Shown here piece after piece: positions 1 through 13,596 of a DNA stretch of 64,000 nucleotides. This DNA is from Seison nebaliae (Eukaryota), in assembly GCA_023231475.1 (NCBI GenBank), contig JALJEE010001690.1, positions 62,001 through 126,000 on the forward strand, written 5' to 3'. Every line of letters starts with the position of its first letter. Positions within the stretch are counted from its first letter, which is position 1. Made by a program: the position numbers and the translations under genes. The notes below the pieces were generated by a model. The model had not been told where the DNA came from. It ran no database searches and was given only the letters and a program-made list of their open reading frames with translations.

Positions 1-464
1 CTCACATTCAATATTTCTTTACACTCTCTCATTCGATTATTCGATCAGGCTAATTTCTCTTTGAAAGATTTAGGTGAACTGTCCATTTTATCTAGGTCAG
101 ACAGTTGATTATGCGATGTGACGCAATCGACCTCATCATCACCTCGCATCATTAACATTATTCTCTTCAATCGATTCATTATCTGACTCTCGCCTTCTCT
201 TTCTCATGTGTATACGACTTACTCACCACCATATGATGGAGTTGACTATAAATATCGAATAAATTTTCGATTATAACATTATCTTTCGTTTCTTAGGAAT
301 TCATTATTTTTTCTTTAAAATATTTCGGGAGTTTCTCTTCGACAAAATGCACTTCCCCACTCTTCTTATGGTAGTTTACTTATCTAGTCAACTAGTATTT
401 CTGGTACGTTCTGAGAATAAAGTTAGTTTTGATTTGAAATTCTATAATTTCTCTTTTGTTGAAG

Positions 465-1434
465 GATGCATTTAAAATGAATAAATATGGATCATATGGT
501 CAAATTTTATATTTCAGTCAAACCCTTCATCCATACATCGAAGTTAATGCTAATGGCAACATCACTCTCACATGTTCAATACGATCATCAGAATCTTCTG
601 ATATTCTCTGGTATAAGAATGATGAATTAATTTACCAAGTTCCCTTTTTTTCCCAATTAATTTATCTTTATTAAAATTTCTAGACAAACCTGTTACAAAT
701 CGAACGATCATATAATGAACAAATGAATTATAATTTAGGTATTTGGAAAGACACATATGTGGTGCAGACGTCTCATCTTTTCATTCCATGTGCACAATAT
801 ACTACCAACAATATCCGATATAGTTGTGTCGTTCGAAATCATTTCAAGACTATTCAGTCTAATACGATAATACAAGTGAATGAACATCCTTTAAGAAAAC
901 ATCATCGATTTCTTTCTCGATTCAATGACATGAGACCGTTAAACGATTTATATGAAATGAATATATGTGAAAGTTAAAATAACCGTCTGCCTATAAAACC
1001 ATAAACATTTTTAAAAAAGATAAAAAAGAAGAAATCGTCTCGACATTTGTTCGAAAGAATCAACATCCGAATGATAATATGTTGTTCATCTGTCTCCATA
1101 ATTATGGAAAATCAACTAAATGGTACGAAACAACTTCAAATTATGAACAAAAACAAATTAAGAATAATGAACAAACAGAAGACAATTATTTAGCAGAAGT
1201 TAGTTCATCATCTATCTCACATCATTATCAATTCTTTCATAGTTTACTGAACATAAACAAATTCTCATTTTGAAAGATATCAATAAATCACCGATTAATC
1301 GTCGATCTTACATTTCTTGTTCGATCGATGACAAACGTCAATTTACTACTGTTCTTACAATGAATCAACGAAGTTATCTTCGTAAAAGTTCAATGAGAAA
1401 CCGATTAGACCACGTCACGCCAATGTCATGGTAA
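465..1434 (+). CDS. 3' part of a multi-exon immunoglobulin (I-set-like) domain protein; 5' end unresolved
   Basis: Ig motifs ITLTCSI..ILWYKNDELI and YSCVVRN..TIIQV lie on consecutive short exons joined by GTT..AG introns. The inferred stop is TAA at 1432-1434; the downstream exons are tentative. Confidence 0.55.
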
Positions 1435-1706
1435 CGATGTTCACTATCAATTTTCTGAATCTGCTGTATATAAACCAAATTGATTTCTTTCATTTCTAAT
1501 CAAGTAAAAATATTCATTTTCCTCTAGTCCATCCCCATCATTTCTTTTCAATCCTCATTCAAAATTTTCCGAGAAAATTTAAAATATTTTTAATGAAAAT
1601 GAATAAATTTTATTAAAGTTTCAATTCTTTTATAATTCATTCAAATCGAAAAAACGTTTAAAATTCTGTGTAAGTTTCTCTTCTGTATGAAGTTCGTTTG
1701 ATATTC

Positions 1707-2645
1707 TTATCTGTAAAGTCTCGACCATTGAATATTATTTTTTTTCATTAATCGAACTTCGATTTTCGGTTGGGCAAAATATATTTGTGTTTTTGTTGTA
1801 TCGATCTCGTCATATAACTGAATTTCTTCACCATATTTTTTTCCATCTTTCGATTCCATATTTGCTGTAACATTAACACTATTTGTTAAAATTGAACATT
1901 TTGTAGGAATTGGATTTCTGATATAAAAGACGATGTTAATTTCCATACCAGTTTGATGGTATTCCTTTCGACATTTTTCAACAACTGATTTCTGCGCAAT
2001 CCATTGATGATCTTTCAAAATTTCACAACCGATTTGTTTAACGAATTCTTCAAATTCAGTTGTCTTTCTTTGACAACAAGACCAATATTTATATCCTTCA
2101 TGAAATATGGCTATACCTGAATGATGTTGACAAGTCTCTCCTCTTTCTTTATATTTTATTTTACATCCATTTCTTTTACATTCCGTCTCGTCATTAATCA
2201 ATTTTTCATCGATTTCCGATTTATTCAGATTTTCATTTGTCACAAAATTCTTCATAATTCTCTGATATGATGGAGAAATTTGAATGTTCGATACGATATC
2301 CATCTTTTGATTACTAATAATTTCAATTTCATTTGAACTTCGAGATAATAATGTTAACGGCATCTCGTCAATTATTTCCGTTTTTTCTTCTTTTGTGATA
2401 ATCGGAATCTCTTCAATTATTTCATCTTTCTTTGGTTTTTCATTTGAATGCTTCCCAAATGTACATCCAGGTGTTGCTAGAAATGTACTGAAATCTGTCG
2501 TCTTCTTTTCACAACATGACCAAAATTTTTGAGCATCGTGGAAAACCGGATGTCCCGGATGATGCTGACAAATATTTTCTTCATTATTATTTGGATCGAA
2601 TTTCCGTTGACAGGATTGATTATAACATTGTAAGAGCACAGACAT
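1707..2645 (-). CDS. CHORDC1: Cysteine- and histidine-rich domain protein (CHORD-I, CHORD-II, CS domain), HSP90 co-chaperone; intronless
   Basis: Two CHORD repeats (CYNQSC..CQHHPGHPVFHDAQKFWSCC and CKRNGC..CQHHSGIAIFHEGYKYWSCC) and a C-terminal CS domain (YHQT..KIEVRLMK..WSRL). First ATG at 2645. Confidence 0.95.
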   Translation of the reverse strand: MSVLLQCYNQSCQRKFDPNNNEENICQHHPGHPVFHDAQKFWSCCEKKTTDFSTFLATPGCTFGKHSNEKPKKDEIIEEIPIITKEEKTEIIDEMPLTLLSRSSNEIEIISNQKMDIVSNIQISPSYQRIMKNFVTNENLNKSEIDEKLINDETECKRNGCKIKYKERGETCQHHSGIAIFHEGYKYWSCCQRKTTEFEEFVKQIGCEILKDHQWIAQKSVVEKCRKEYHQTGMEINIVFYIRNPIPTKCSILTNSVNVTANMESKDGKKYGEEIQLYDEIDTTKTQIYFAQPKIEVRLMKKNNIQWSRLYR

Positions 2646-2895
2646 TCTTTCGAACACACACAATTACCAATAAATTAAGTTCGATGAGAGAGTATATTTG
2701 AAATAAATCTTTCCAGAATTTTCCTCATGGAAAAATCTAGAAATGTAATTTTGAAAATAAAAATTACAAATTTGACTTTAACATTACTCTACTATGAACA
2801 TTTCACCATTAATCACATTTATCCTCTTTTAAAATTATTAGCTGATTTCCTAAATAACCTCAGATAAGAAAAGTCATAAAATAAATATTTTTCTT

Positions 2896-3401
2896 TTATT
2901 TTATTAATGAATTCGTATAATAAATTTTTTGGATAAGACCCACAAATAAAAAGACAATAGTTTCCGTGATAACTGGAAGAACCGTAGTGAATCCCATCAA
3001 CAAATCCATTCGAATATTCCATACTCCAATACCGTCAAATATAAGTAGAAATGCCGCTAATGAGTGTAGTATAGACGCTACATAATTAAGAATTATATAA
3101 TTGATAATAAAACAAGTATAAAAAAATTAACACAAAATCATTTGACTATTGACAAATATTGAGGAGATAGAAATGGTGAATAAACAAACAATTTCTAACA
3201 GTACAAATGTTAGAGAGACTATTACATAATTTTTGTCTTCACTTTGAAAGAAGTATTATGATTGTCTCAAATTATCTAACAATTATTTACTAACGGATTA
3301 AAGCCAAAAGTGACAATTCGATCGATTTGCAGACAAAGTAGAATAAAATGTAACAATATGCTGACAGACCGCCAGGGTAAAAGACTTACTGCACTTGACA
3401 T
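2896..3401 (-). CDS. TMEM107: TMEM107-like ciliary transition-zone membrane protein, 3 exons (not in the ORF track)
   Basis: Manual splicing of two GTT..AG introns gives MSSAVSLLPWRSVSILLHFILL..LLEIVCLF..NSQMILSSILHSLAA..W..VLPVITETIVFLF. This matches the recalled TMEM107 pattern (LxPxR..H, E, Q..S..H, W, LPxxTE) with four hydrophobic segments. Confidence 0.7.
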
Positions 3402-4275
3402 CGCATTAATGTTGTCATGGAAATTTCCTCATATATTTCCTCACATATAGTTGCCGTCAAAATTAAAGTATGACTCGTTAAATCTTTAAAAATTTAGCTG
3501 TCTAATTACTTATTTTCCGGTAATTAACATAATATACATCAGTAATGGGCACGAAAGAGCGGAGTCATGTATTTTTGTTGTATGTAGGGAGCCAACTTAT
3601 CCCCCGATGCCCATACTTACACAATATTAAAGGTGAGCATTTTCACAATTATAAGTAAATTTAAAATTTAAGCTTGCAGTATATATTATATAATCTAGTT
3701 CATTCATTAAATAATCTGCTTAATATGATGATCAATCAAATTAAAATTGGAAATTATTCTTTGTTCCATCATTTGAACAAAACACAGAGATATATATCAT
3801 TATCCCAATCATTATCATTGTCTTCGGAATTACAATTAAGTTTTGTTAAAGCAGTTTCAAAGATTTTCGGACATCTTACCTTTCGAACGGAAATTTATGT
3901 TAGCAGTCGATTTAAATGAGTTAAGTGAAGTTGAGAATCTGTAAATCTCAACGAAACCTTCTTCGGTGACAATACCGAGCCACAACAACCTTGATAGAAA
4001 ACTGACGAACGAATTAACGGTAGTCAAATCATTTTAATATTTTAGCTTAAGGTTTAATAAAAAACCGGTATCATGGCTGCCGGCCGCAAAATGTGGAGGT
4101 ACTAATAGAGAGGTAAAATAATGTGGATATTTTTCCATTTTTTATTTTTTAAAATACATATTCAGACCTTGACTGTTCCTAGTAAGACAGTATTTGAGAT
4201 AAGCTTGTCATGGTCGACAAATAATCGACATATAATTAATAAAATTCATTATTTAGATGAAAAATCCGTCTTTTT

Positions 4276-4755
4276 TCAAAGTGTAGTAAGTGGTAGTAAA
4301 TCGTTAAAAGAAGGAATAGGAAATTCTGAAGCATCCATCTTCTCTAGTAAGGAAAGATACCGCTTTGCCAACAAAATCGGAAACGGAAGAAGATCGACAA
4401 TGGAAAACATAAAAGCTCTTGAAAAGGAGCGTTTACAACCAAACAAACTTCGAATGCATCGATTATATGATCGATCTAAAGGGTACATTGATTTCATTGA
4501 AAACGATATAGCTGCCTGTAGACCGTAGAAATCGCAGCAGAAACTATGAAACAACTTCATTTTTAGAGAAATCGGAAAGTATTTACATCGATGATTAATT
4601 GAGTGAAAAGCTCTAATGAACTTGCATCTAATATGATCGAAGGTTGCAGAACTCTTTTTCTTACTATCTAAATAACAACCAAGAAATTTGCTGTCATTAC
4701 ATTTATATTCATTAAAAGGAGTATTTCTTTCATTCAGTATAATATTCGTCAGCAA
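4276..4755 (-). mobile_element. 5'-truncated non-LTR retrotransposon (LINE) relic: region C-terminal to the RT core
   Basis: KFLG..KLFHSFCCDFYG..YNRCIRSLFG resembles the post-RT segment of invertebrate LINE ORF2 proteins. No intact YADD core is visible upstream. Homologous to the fragment at 17019-17345. Confidence 0.7.
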
Positions 4756-4837
4756 GTAAATTTTGTGTAAGGTCTCTATGTTTTACATGCTGTCCTAATT
4801 TCATTCAAATGCATATTTGACATTCATTTACCAATAC

Positions 4838-4994
4838 GAATCACGGACAGTTCTACGATTTTTGGATTTTTTCTTCAAAAAAGGAGTAGATGTGTCCGTA
4901 ATTGTCCAAAAAGGAGTAGAACTGTCCGAATGAAAAGCGTAGAACTGCCCTTTGTTGAAGAAATAACGAAAAGGAGTAGAACAGTCCGGCAACC
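4838..4994. mobile_element. 157-bp non-autonomous DNA transposon (MITE) with 8-9 bp target-site duplication and internal ~20-bp repeats
   Basis: Direct repeat ACCAATAC(G) at 4830-4838 and 4995-5003. Imperfect TIR GAATCACGGACAGTTCTAC versus reverse complement GGTTGCCGGACTGTTCTAC. Four direct AAAAGGAGTAGAACTGTCCG-like units inside. Confidence 0.8.
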
Positions 4995-5703
4995 ACCAAT
5001 ACGTCAGCAGTGGGAATCATAAATATTTTGCGTTCTGTAAAAGTTCTACATCTTTAACAAGATTGCTGAAAAAGTTTACAAAAGTTTACTATTGTGACTT
5101 AACAAACATCAATTTCTAACAAGATTTAAATTTTTGATATACCTTAACAAAATTATTTTCATATGAGAAGTATAAATGTTGTAAAATGCTGTATAAATGG
5201 CAGTTTAAAAGGAAAAAAAATCAGCTTACCATGCAAGCTAAGATTCAACTATCAATGTGACGTCATAAATAGAGGTTATTTTTATTACAGTGTCATAAAC
5301 CTATTATGAAATCAGTGAGACTATGATATTATCATTCGAATAGTTGTGTTTCTGATTTTTTGGAAGAATTTATGTATTCTAATAATTGTATTAGTGATAA
5401 AGAAAAAAGAGTTGTTTAGTTCATTATTTAAATTGGTTTAATAATAAAATTCAAAGTAATTTTATATTATAAAATTTATGAAAAATTAATAATTTAAAAT
5501 GAATTTAACATTAAAGTTTCAAATTATTGATGATAATCAAATAAAATGATATAAAAGACAAATTATGAAATTCTTTAAAAAAGAAAACTATTAATAATTG
5601 ATTGAGTAGAATTGTTTAAATTCCTTTTTAAATGAAAAGGACGCACGGATAAATATGAGAGAACCTCAAAAGATATTAATTATCTTTTCGATGGAAAAAA
5701 TAG

Positions 5704-7241
5704 TTATAATAAAGAATCGATTGTATATAACGGCTTTTTACTGTCAACAATTGTCTCGGTCTTAGTTTTCTTTGTGTCTTCTCTCACCATCAATGCTGAA
5801 GTGTTTTGAAACAAAGAAGCGATGTTACGTTTCAGATCATTCTTCTTATTATTCGAGAGATTGTCAATCGATTCTTTTAGTTTTTGTGCTAAAGTTGATG
5901 ATATGGGCGATATGGAAGATGTGTCAGATGTATCATCAAAACCTCGGTCATTACTGGATAGAGAGTGTGGTGATGTAGAGCAAAATGATGATGCTGAAGA
6001 TGATAAGAATGATGATGTTGATGAGAGAACTTCTTGGATATTAGAAGTTTTTATTTGATGGTGATTATTATTCATTAAGTGACTTGAAATTGAATTTGTC
6101 ATTGCTAACTTATCTGACATATTATCGTTTTTAAAATTCAAATTATCCTGAAATAAATTGTTGTTATTGTTGTCAGTGTTTTGGAGATCGTTAGATAAAC
6201 TGTCATCATTTAACTCATCACTTTCACTTGATAGTGTGGTTGATAATATATCGTTATCATTGATATTTAAACCATAATTTTCATGAAGAAATTCTTGTTT
6301 TTCATGTAACTGTTTTCTTAGTCTTTGACAATGTGCTGATAGTTTAGCGGCGGATGCCGTCTTCCCTTGCTTTAAGAGAATTTGTTGTTTTAACTCTAAT
6401 TTTACAGATCGTTCTTTCTGTTTCTTCAATCTCTTCAATTCCGAATTCTTCTTTTTCTCATATAACTCAATTTCCGAAATTGGTTGTCCTGAACAATTTG
6501 TTAAATGGAGATTATGTGACGGTCGACCGGGTCCTTTCTTTGTATTTTCTTTCTTTCTCCATTTGGCCCGTCGATTTTGAAACCAAACTTGAACTCTGGC
6601 TTCCGACAATCCGAGATTATTTGCAATCGAATCTCTCAAATATAAATCAGGATAATGAGACAACTGGAACGCTTTCTCCAATTCATCCAATTGTAAAGCA
6701 GTGAAATTCGTTCGAGATCGTTTCCCATCATCATCTTGGAAATTAGTGTATTGTTCAGATGTGATATTCTTATCTTCCTCGTTGTTATTCAAATGAATTG
6801 TTTCTGTTAAATTGTTACCGTTATTATTATTCTTAGAACGTTCCATTTCTACAAATGATTTTTAGAGAAAATGAAAAATATTAATATCAAAATTTATTCA
6901 TTTAAACATGTTCATTGATAAGAAAGTTAATAGTTAACGATAAATGAATTTAGATTAGAAATAATGAGATGCCAACCTGGAATATTTACATTGTACGTGG
7001 AAATATTATCTGAATTGAAATTATTCATATTCGATTGAGATATGTCAACATTTCTCGCTTTCGATTTCGAACTTGATAAAAAGGTTTTGATAATATCCTC
7101 CAAATTTTTCATATTGTCTTTCGGCTTTGATATGGCCTCGAAATTAGCGGTCGTATTTTTCACTTGTTTCAACATACTAATGAATTGAAGGCTGGATTGC
7201 AAAGCAGCAATCGAACGAATTTCGTTCGTACTTCCGTTCAT
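5704..7241 (-). CDS. unc-4: Unc-4/Uncx paired-like (Q50) homeobox transcription factor, 2 exons
   Basis: Homeodomain [22 protein letters not shown] followed by the Unc-4 signature [20 protein letters not shown], and a C-terminal eh1-like motif YTIDSLL. Upstream ORF 6927-7241 splices in frame via a GTTGGC..TAG intron. Confidence 0.93.
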
Positions 7242-10200
7242 TTCAGAAATGATATTTGAAAATCCTGAAAGAAGATTTCTATCGGAAAATTATCGAAAGA
7301 AAGAATAAAATAAGAAGAAGAAGGAATATGAGTCGATTGACGTTCGAGAAAGAATGATCATTTAGAGAAACTAAGAAAAGGAAGATGTTTTTCAGTTTGT
7401 CAAATAAGCAAATCGATCATGTAGAAAGAAACGGAATGATTCATTCAAAATGAATAGACGAGAATTAGCATCAAATTTAATGAGATATTGTAAATGAAAT
7501 CATCATATGATATGATATGGAAACAATGGAAGCAATAATTCTAGTGATCAACAGATTCATTTAATTGTCAACAGTAATTGAGATAAGGATAGAATGGATT
7601 TATTGGACGAAAGAAAAGAAAATAAAAGAAATTGGAATAGGAGAAGATCCTCCTCCTGTGACGAATGTAGACTCTTCTACGGTTAATCATCATCATTTAT
7701 CGTCTTTTGCCTCTAAAATCATGATTCTCCTATATTATTCCGTTCATGAATATTCTTCTCATAATTATGTTGATGTTTCCTCATTCTCTTAATATCGACC
7801 GAACATAGATTCCATCTCATCCCCATCAATCCACATTTATTCTTTTAGTGAAATAAACAATCAAAATTCGATAGAATAACAAGAAATATTCTCGTTTAAT
7901 TATCGAAAAGAAAGATAAACTGTGAAACACTTAGACCCAAGTATCTATGTTTCCGAAAAATTATTTCGTACTGTTCGAACGATAATTTTTCAGTGAATAT
8001 TAATGAACATTTTCCTTCTTTTTTCAATGACCAATTGAATTCTACTTCATCCTCCAGCTTAACCTATCGATCTAACCCTATAGACATCTTAAATTTTCTC
8101 ATTCAAATCGAACGAATCTAAATGTTCGAATAATTCTAACATCGATCACATTATCTTAATGAATTAAGAAGAATGAACGATTGTTAAATCCATATAAATT
8201 ATGGAATTTGCAGATTTCGCAATTCATGCAAATTTCAAACAATTTTCATATTTTTCCAAGAAACCATAATTTTTCAATTTGCTGGTACATAATTTTGTAA
8301 ATCGATGGTTATGAGATAAGTATAGACTTTTGTAAAATTAATTAACTTGTTCCATCAACATCGATAAAAATTTCCATAAAGGACTACATCGAAGTTCTGA
8401 GAAGAAACTGGAAGAAAAGAAAATGATTTCAATTTTCTGGAAATAATAAATTAATTTGAACTCATTCCAGTTGTTTATTGTAAGACGTTTATTCAATAAA
8501 CTTTATTGTGGAGTTATATTTCAGAAAATTAATTACTGAAAGGATTGAAATAATATATATAAGTGATATCATAACATAATGGTAAAGTGATGGTATTGAC
8601 GATGATGGGAAGAAGTTGGAGAGAAGGAAAATTATTTGGTAAATATTGGTGAACTGGGAATGGACGTAAACGAATAATGATTGAAAAAGAAAAGAAGCAA
8701 TTGGTCGAGTAAATAGAATCGTATTCATTCCATCACACAAGAATCAAGACAACGAATAATTAAATAAGCATTCTGTGAAAGGAATTGAGGAAATTATAAT
8801 GAATTCTTTGAGAAGAATGTTGAAACTCGCACCATGAGCAACGAAAGTATACTGAGCCGATAATATCATAATTCTTTTGATAACAACCAATACTTTCGAC
8901 AACGACCAGAGAACCAGAGTAATAATTGAGTGGAAGATGAAGAATAATAAACATTTCCAAATGGAATAAATGATTAAATGAAAAAAAGATTACTTCAACA
9001 TGAACACAAAGGAAGTGAATCAGTGAAATTCTCTCGCTTACTTCTTCCAATCAATCACTGATGCCCATTACAGTTTGAGAGTATTGGACGAAAGTGAAAA
9101 TGTCATTAAAATGTTGGAAAGTAGAGAATAAGAATGAAAATATGATTAGGTGTGATGGTCTATTTAAAGTGTGTCGATTTTTATCGACAACAAACGAACA
9201 TTAAAATGAATTGATCGTTCTTAATCAAAGACTTCATCATGTATTCGGTTCATCTGTAATTCGTAAATGTTAAAGTAATTGAAGAAAGCAAGACGATGTG
9301 AAGCAATCAATAATTGAACGAAATCACAACTACTATTTTACATCCATTAAAATAAACAAACGATTCATGCACTCTCAATGATTCATTCTCAACACGTTCG
9401 TCGCTACAAGACAATCGTAGGAGAAGCGAACGTATTATTTTTTATTCTTATCTGATTTCCCTCAATCAGTCTCTCTTGTTAAACAACAACAACACATATA
9501 AATAAATAATAATAAAAAAAACCCATCTTATAAACGGAAAATTGTTTAAATTTAAAGGATTAACATAAAAACGAATGAAATTTTGATCATAATTAATTGG
9601 AAAACTTTAATCTTCCAATACGATTTATTTGTAGTAATTGAGACGAATATATAGACATATTATCAATGCAATCTATATTGATATTTCTAAAATGGATGTG
9701 AATTTTGGATTATGTGATGGATATTGAAGGAGGCTACAAGAATATGAAGTGAATTGAATTGAATATTAACTAATTGTTGAATTATTTTCAGGAAGTCACA
9801 AGATATTTGAGTCGTCAAGAACTTAACGCTTCATTGTGAGTCGTGTAAGATGAAACCGAAAAGGATCAAGTGTAAACTTCCAAAAAATTTATTGAAACTA
9901 AAAGAAAATAATGATGAAGTTATTGGTTTTCTTCTTCAACTACTTCCCCCTCCCAGTTAATGAAATTTGGTGACTATTACCAAATGGAGAAAAAAGAGAT
10001 TTGAAATTTCTGATCTTTTATGATTGACACATCAACTATCAATTCATCGACTTCAATTGACAATAAGCAATAAATATTCATTTCATCTCTCTTACCTTAT
10101 CCACTTTGCCTCAAATTATTGCCTTGAATCAATGAATTAGTTTTCCATTTTATCATTTGCTTTTTCAAATTCAAAATTTATAAATCACTTGATTGATGAC

Positions 10201-13200
10201 TTTAATCACTTTCATATTATTGGTATTTTCTATTGAAAGGTTGAAAATTGTTGCTTTCAATTGTTGACGGGAAATCTTGCTAGAGTTTATATTATGAATG
10301 ATCGAAATGTCGAATGAACTTCTTTTTGTTCTATCAATATAGTTGAAATACATATTTATTATCCGTTGTATATCAAATTGAAAGGTAAAGAATAAATTTC
10401 TATAACATAACATTCATTTCGAACAACAATCATTAAAATTGGAACGATTTTGAAGAAATATCATAAAAACATTGAAAGTGGTTGTTAATCGATCTCCAAA
10501 TTTCTTCGATAAACTAATTCATTTTTACATTACATCTTCAATTACTACACTGAATTGATTTGAATGAATTCAACTCCTGAATTATCGAATATACAATCAG
10601 AAGCTAATAATATCTTCCTCACCTCATTAAACATGATTAAATTCGAACGAACTTCTTCTTTCATTAAACATCGTCATTAACTTAATGAATTTCTTCTCTG
10701 AAATAACTGTCAATCATAAATGAAGTGGGAAAATTGTTTTAGAGAATTACATAATTTTCCGATAAAGATTCATGCTGCTGGCGAAATGAATGAGACGATG
10801 TATAAAATGAAAGAAGACGATTATTGGGGAGACATGAGAAAATGGTTGGAGTAGAAATAAAAGTGGAAATAGTTAATTGAAACATTTCATTCTACATCAT
10901 CCAATCAATCAAAATGAACGATAAATCAAACACCATTAATAAAAATTATTAAGTTTGGAATATCACGATATTGATTGAACGATAAAATACGTGAACCGAG
11001 TGCAGACATTCATTTAATAGGTCTTAAATATACATTTAAATAGAGATCTCATTAGAGAGAGGAGGATTGATTAAACAGTTCCTCCATTTATATCTCGCCC
11101 ACAATTGATAGATCACTTTTCCATTAGAGGAACTGACGTCGGATCAGATTCGCCCATCAGTCCCATTAATTGTATTTGAAACAACGACATAATATTTGAA
11201 AGAAGAACAAAATTAGACAATGAAATTCCTCCGAACGATAAGAGGAGATGTATGTTGCATTTGATTAGAATTGATGAATTGATTAAACCAACGTCAAAAG
11301 AGACTTTAGAGGAGAATGAAATGAAACTAATGGAAAGAACAAGAATACTTCATTCAATTATATAACAAATTCAAGTAAATGATTTGATAAGATGAAAATT
11401 ATTCTTTGCGACTTTTCTATTTGATATGAAATATGGAATATGCAATTCCATTTAGTTGATTCTATTTAATCGCAAATTTATTATACGACATCATTCTCTC
11501 ATGTTATCGTTGGCGAATTCTTTGGAGACACATCAATATACGAAAATGTTTATGAATATTTAATTGTAGTCGATTTATATACATATTTATCTACTTATGT
11601 TATGCATACGTTGTTTGAGAGATCGTCAAATGGAAAACATAAGGAATTGTCATCAGTTGATGAGGCGGAACTTTTCTTAAATTCTCATTAGTTCTCTATT
11701 AATTCATTTATTGTAGGAAGAGAAATAACGAACGATTTTATTCCATTTAATTCAACTTATGATATTTTCTAAATTTATCATATTCTTTCCTACTATGATC
11801 GATTATTTATTGAGACGATCATTTCCCCAAAAATCATTTCCATTCTTATTCGAGTTAGCTTTTCTATCACTTCTTACATATCAACAACAATTTCTCGATT
11901 ATGTCAATAAATGAAAAGAAAATGACTTTCATTAAATTGTTTTCTCAAAGAAAATTATCTAAAACCGTAATTACAAAACTTGAAAAATTTAACTTTAAAA
12001 TTTTTTATGAAAATTTGAAATTTTCAAAGTTCCATTTAGTGCATAGATGGATAGAAGATTACGTCATGTAATTTTAAGTTGAAATTTTTTAATAGAAAAT
12101 TTTCAATTTAATTTCTTGTTTAACGACTAAAAATGAGTTGTTAAGACAAAAGAAACAATAAATATTTCTTCTAGAGAACATGTGAGTTTGTTAGAGAAGA
12201 ACATAAAAAGTTAATCACTTAAAATTAGAATTAAATAGAAAATTCTTTTTGACTACTTCACTTTGATAAGTGAAAATTCAGTTATTAGGATTCAATAATT
12301 TCTATTCACAAACTGTAGACGACATGCTTAAGATTGGATTAATATTATGAATAATTATTCAATAATGAATTGATGATCATGCGTATTATTGAGGAAGTTC
12401 ATATGAAGTGCATTAATTTCCATAAGACTACTTGGAAAAATTATAGCAAGAACTAAATTAAAATATCAGTCTTCTACGGGAATACTATTACTCCACGAAA
12501 AACTTCACATAAATAGATAATATGCGGATAATTAAAATGAAAGATGGTTGATGGATATAAAATGCAAATTAGCTAAAATGGCTCTTGTTTCTTCTGATAA
12601 AACAATGTGCTCACTTGCTGCATTAACTGGAGATAAAATGATGAAGAAATAAAATGAATCTCGATCCAGTTAGTTCTTTTCCTGATAGTTCCTTTTTCGA
12701 GAAGTATCGCAAATTATTTCTCTCATGGAATTTGAAGAAATATCAATAACAATTTCGACCACACTAAATGAATTATTGTGATTACTCAGAAAAATTGCAT
12801 ATTAAATGAAAAATTCATAAGTTCCTTCTTATTAAAGGAAAGCAAACGTTTCAAGTTACCAACAATCACGATTCTGAAAAGCTCAACTATTTCTGATTAA
12901 ACAGTTGCCGAATCGTTTGATATTTAATAAAAATTGGAAGAGAATGATTACATAGAAACAATTATTCGGAATCTCTTATGGAATGTAATATGAATATAAA
13001 TAAATCTGTTTACCATATTAACTACCTGCCTCTTAACACGTGGAGAATGTGCACATAAACCATATTGAGTCGCCAAGCAGGCTTATTTGAGGGAGGTTCG
13101 AATGCGAAAATTAAATGAAAGTGAATTCAATGATTGGGAATCAATCAATTTAATCGATTCTCTTTCTTCGCTCTTCTACAACATTCAATTCATGCCGCTT

Positions 13201-13596
13201 ATTCCTAATGCCACCACGTGCCCCAAATTTTCCATAATAAAACTTTGTCACGTTCATTTATTGACATTCATTTCTATCCACCTTTAACTTCCAATCTATT
13301 TATTCGGAACTCGAAAAACTTCTCATAAAACGATAAAACTGACGACTTCTTTCAATAAAATCGTCCTTATCAACCTCATCCATTGATGATGATAACTAAT
13401 TTATAAGCATTCAAAATATGTAAATATCTTCATTCCAACACAAAATATCATTTCTTAAAATTTCTGTTTATCAAATTCGTCAGACATTACTCTTAAAATT
13501 ATCACTCATTTTAGAAGTTTATAATTTATTGAATAAATTATTTTTATTAGTTTTTCATTTGGAGAAATTTAATAGAAGATAGCTTTGGGTCATCAA

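Noticed and set aside
2819..3022. 67-aa minus-strand ORF in the track
   Set aside because: Alternative frame over the last exon of the TMEM107-like gene.
4121..4528. 135-aa plus-strand ORF
   Set aside because: Antisense shadow of the LINE relic, with no recognisable domain.
4879..4988. Four ~20-bp direct repeats resembling a mini CRISPR array
   Set aside because: Spacers are short and irregular (4-18 bp), there are no cas genes, the context is eukaryotic, and TIR plus TSD explain it as a MITE.
7565..13287. Short 60-100 aa ORFs in the gene-poor region (and similar ones at 40967-45615 and 56730-63792)
   Set aside because: F/I/L/N-rich translations typical of random AT-rich DNA, often with non-ATG starts and no motifs.
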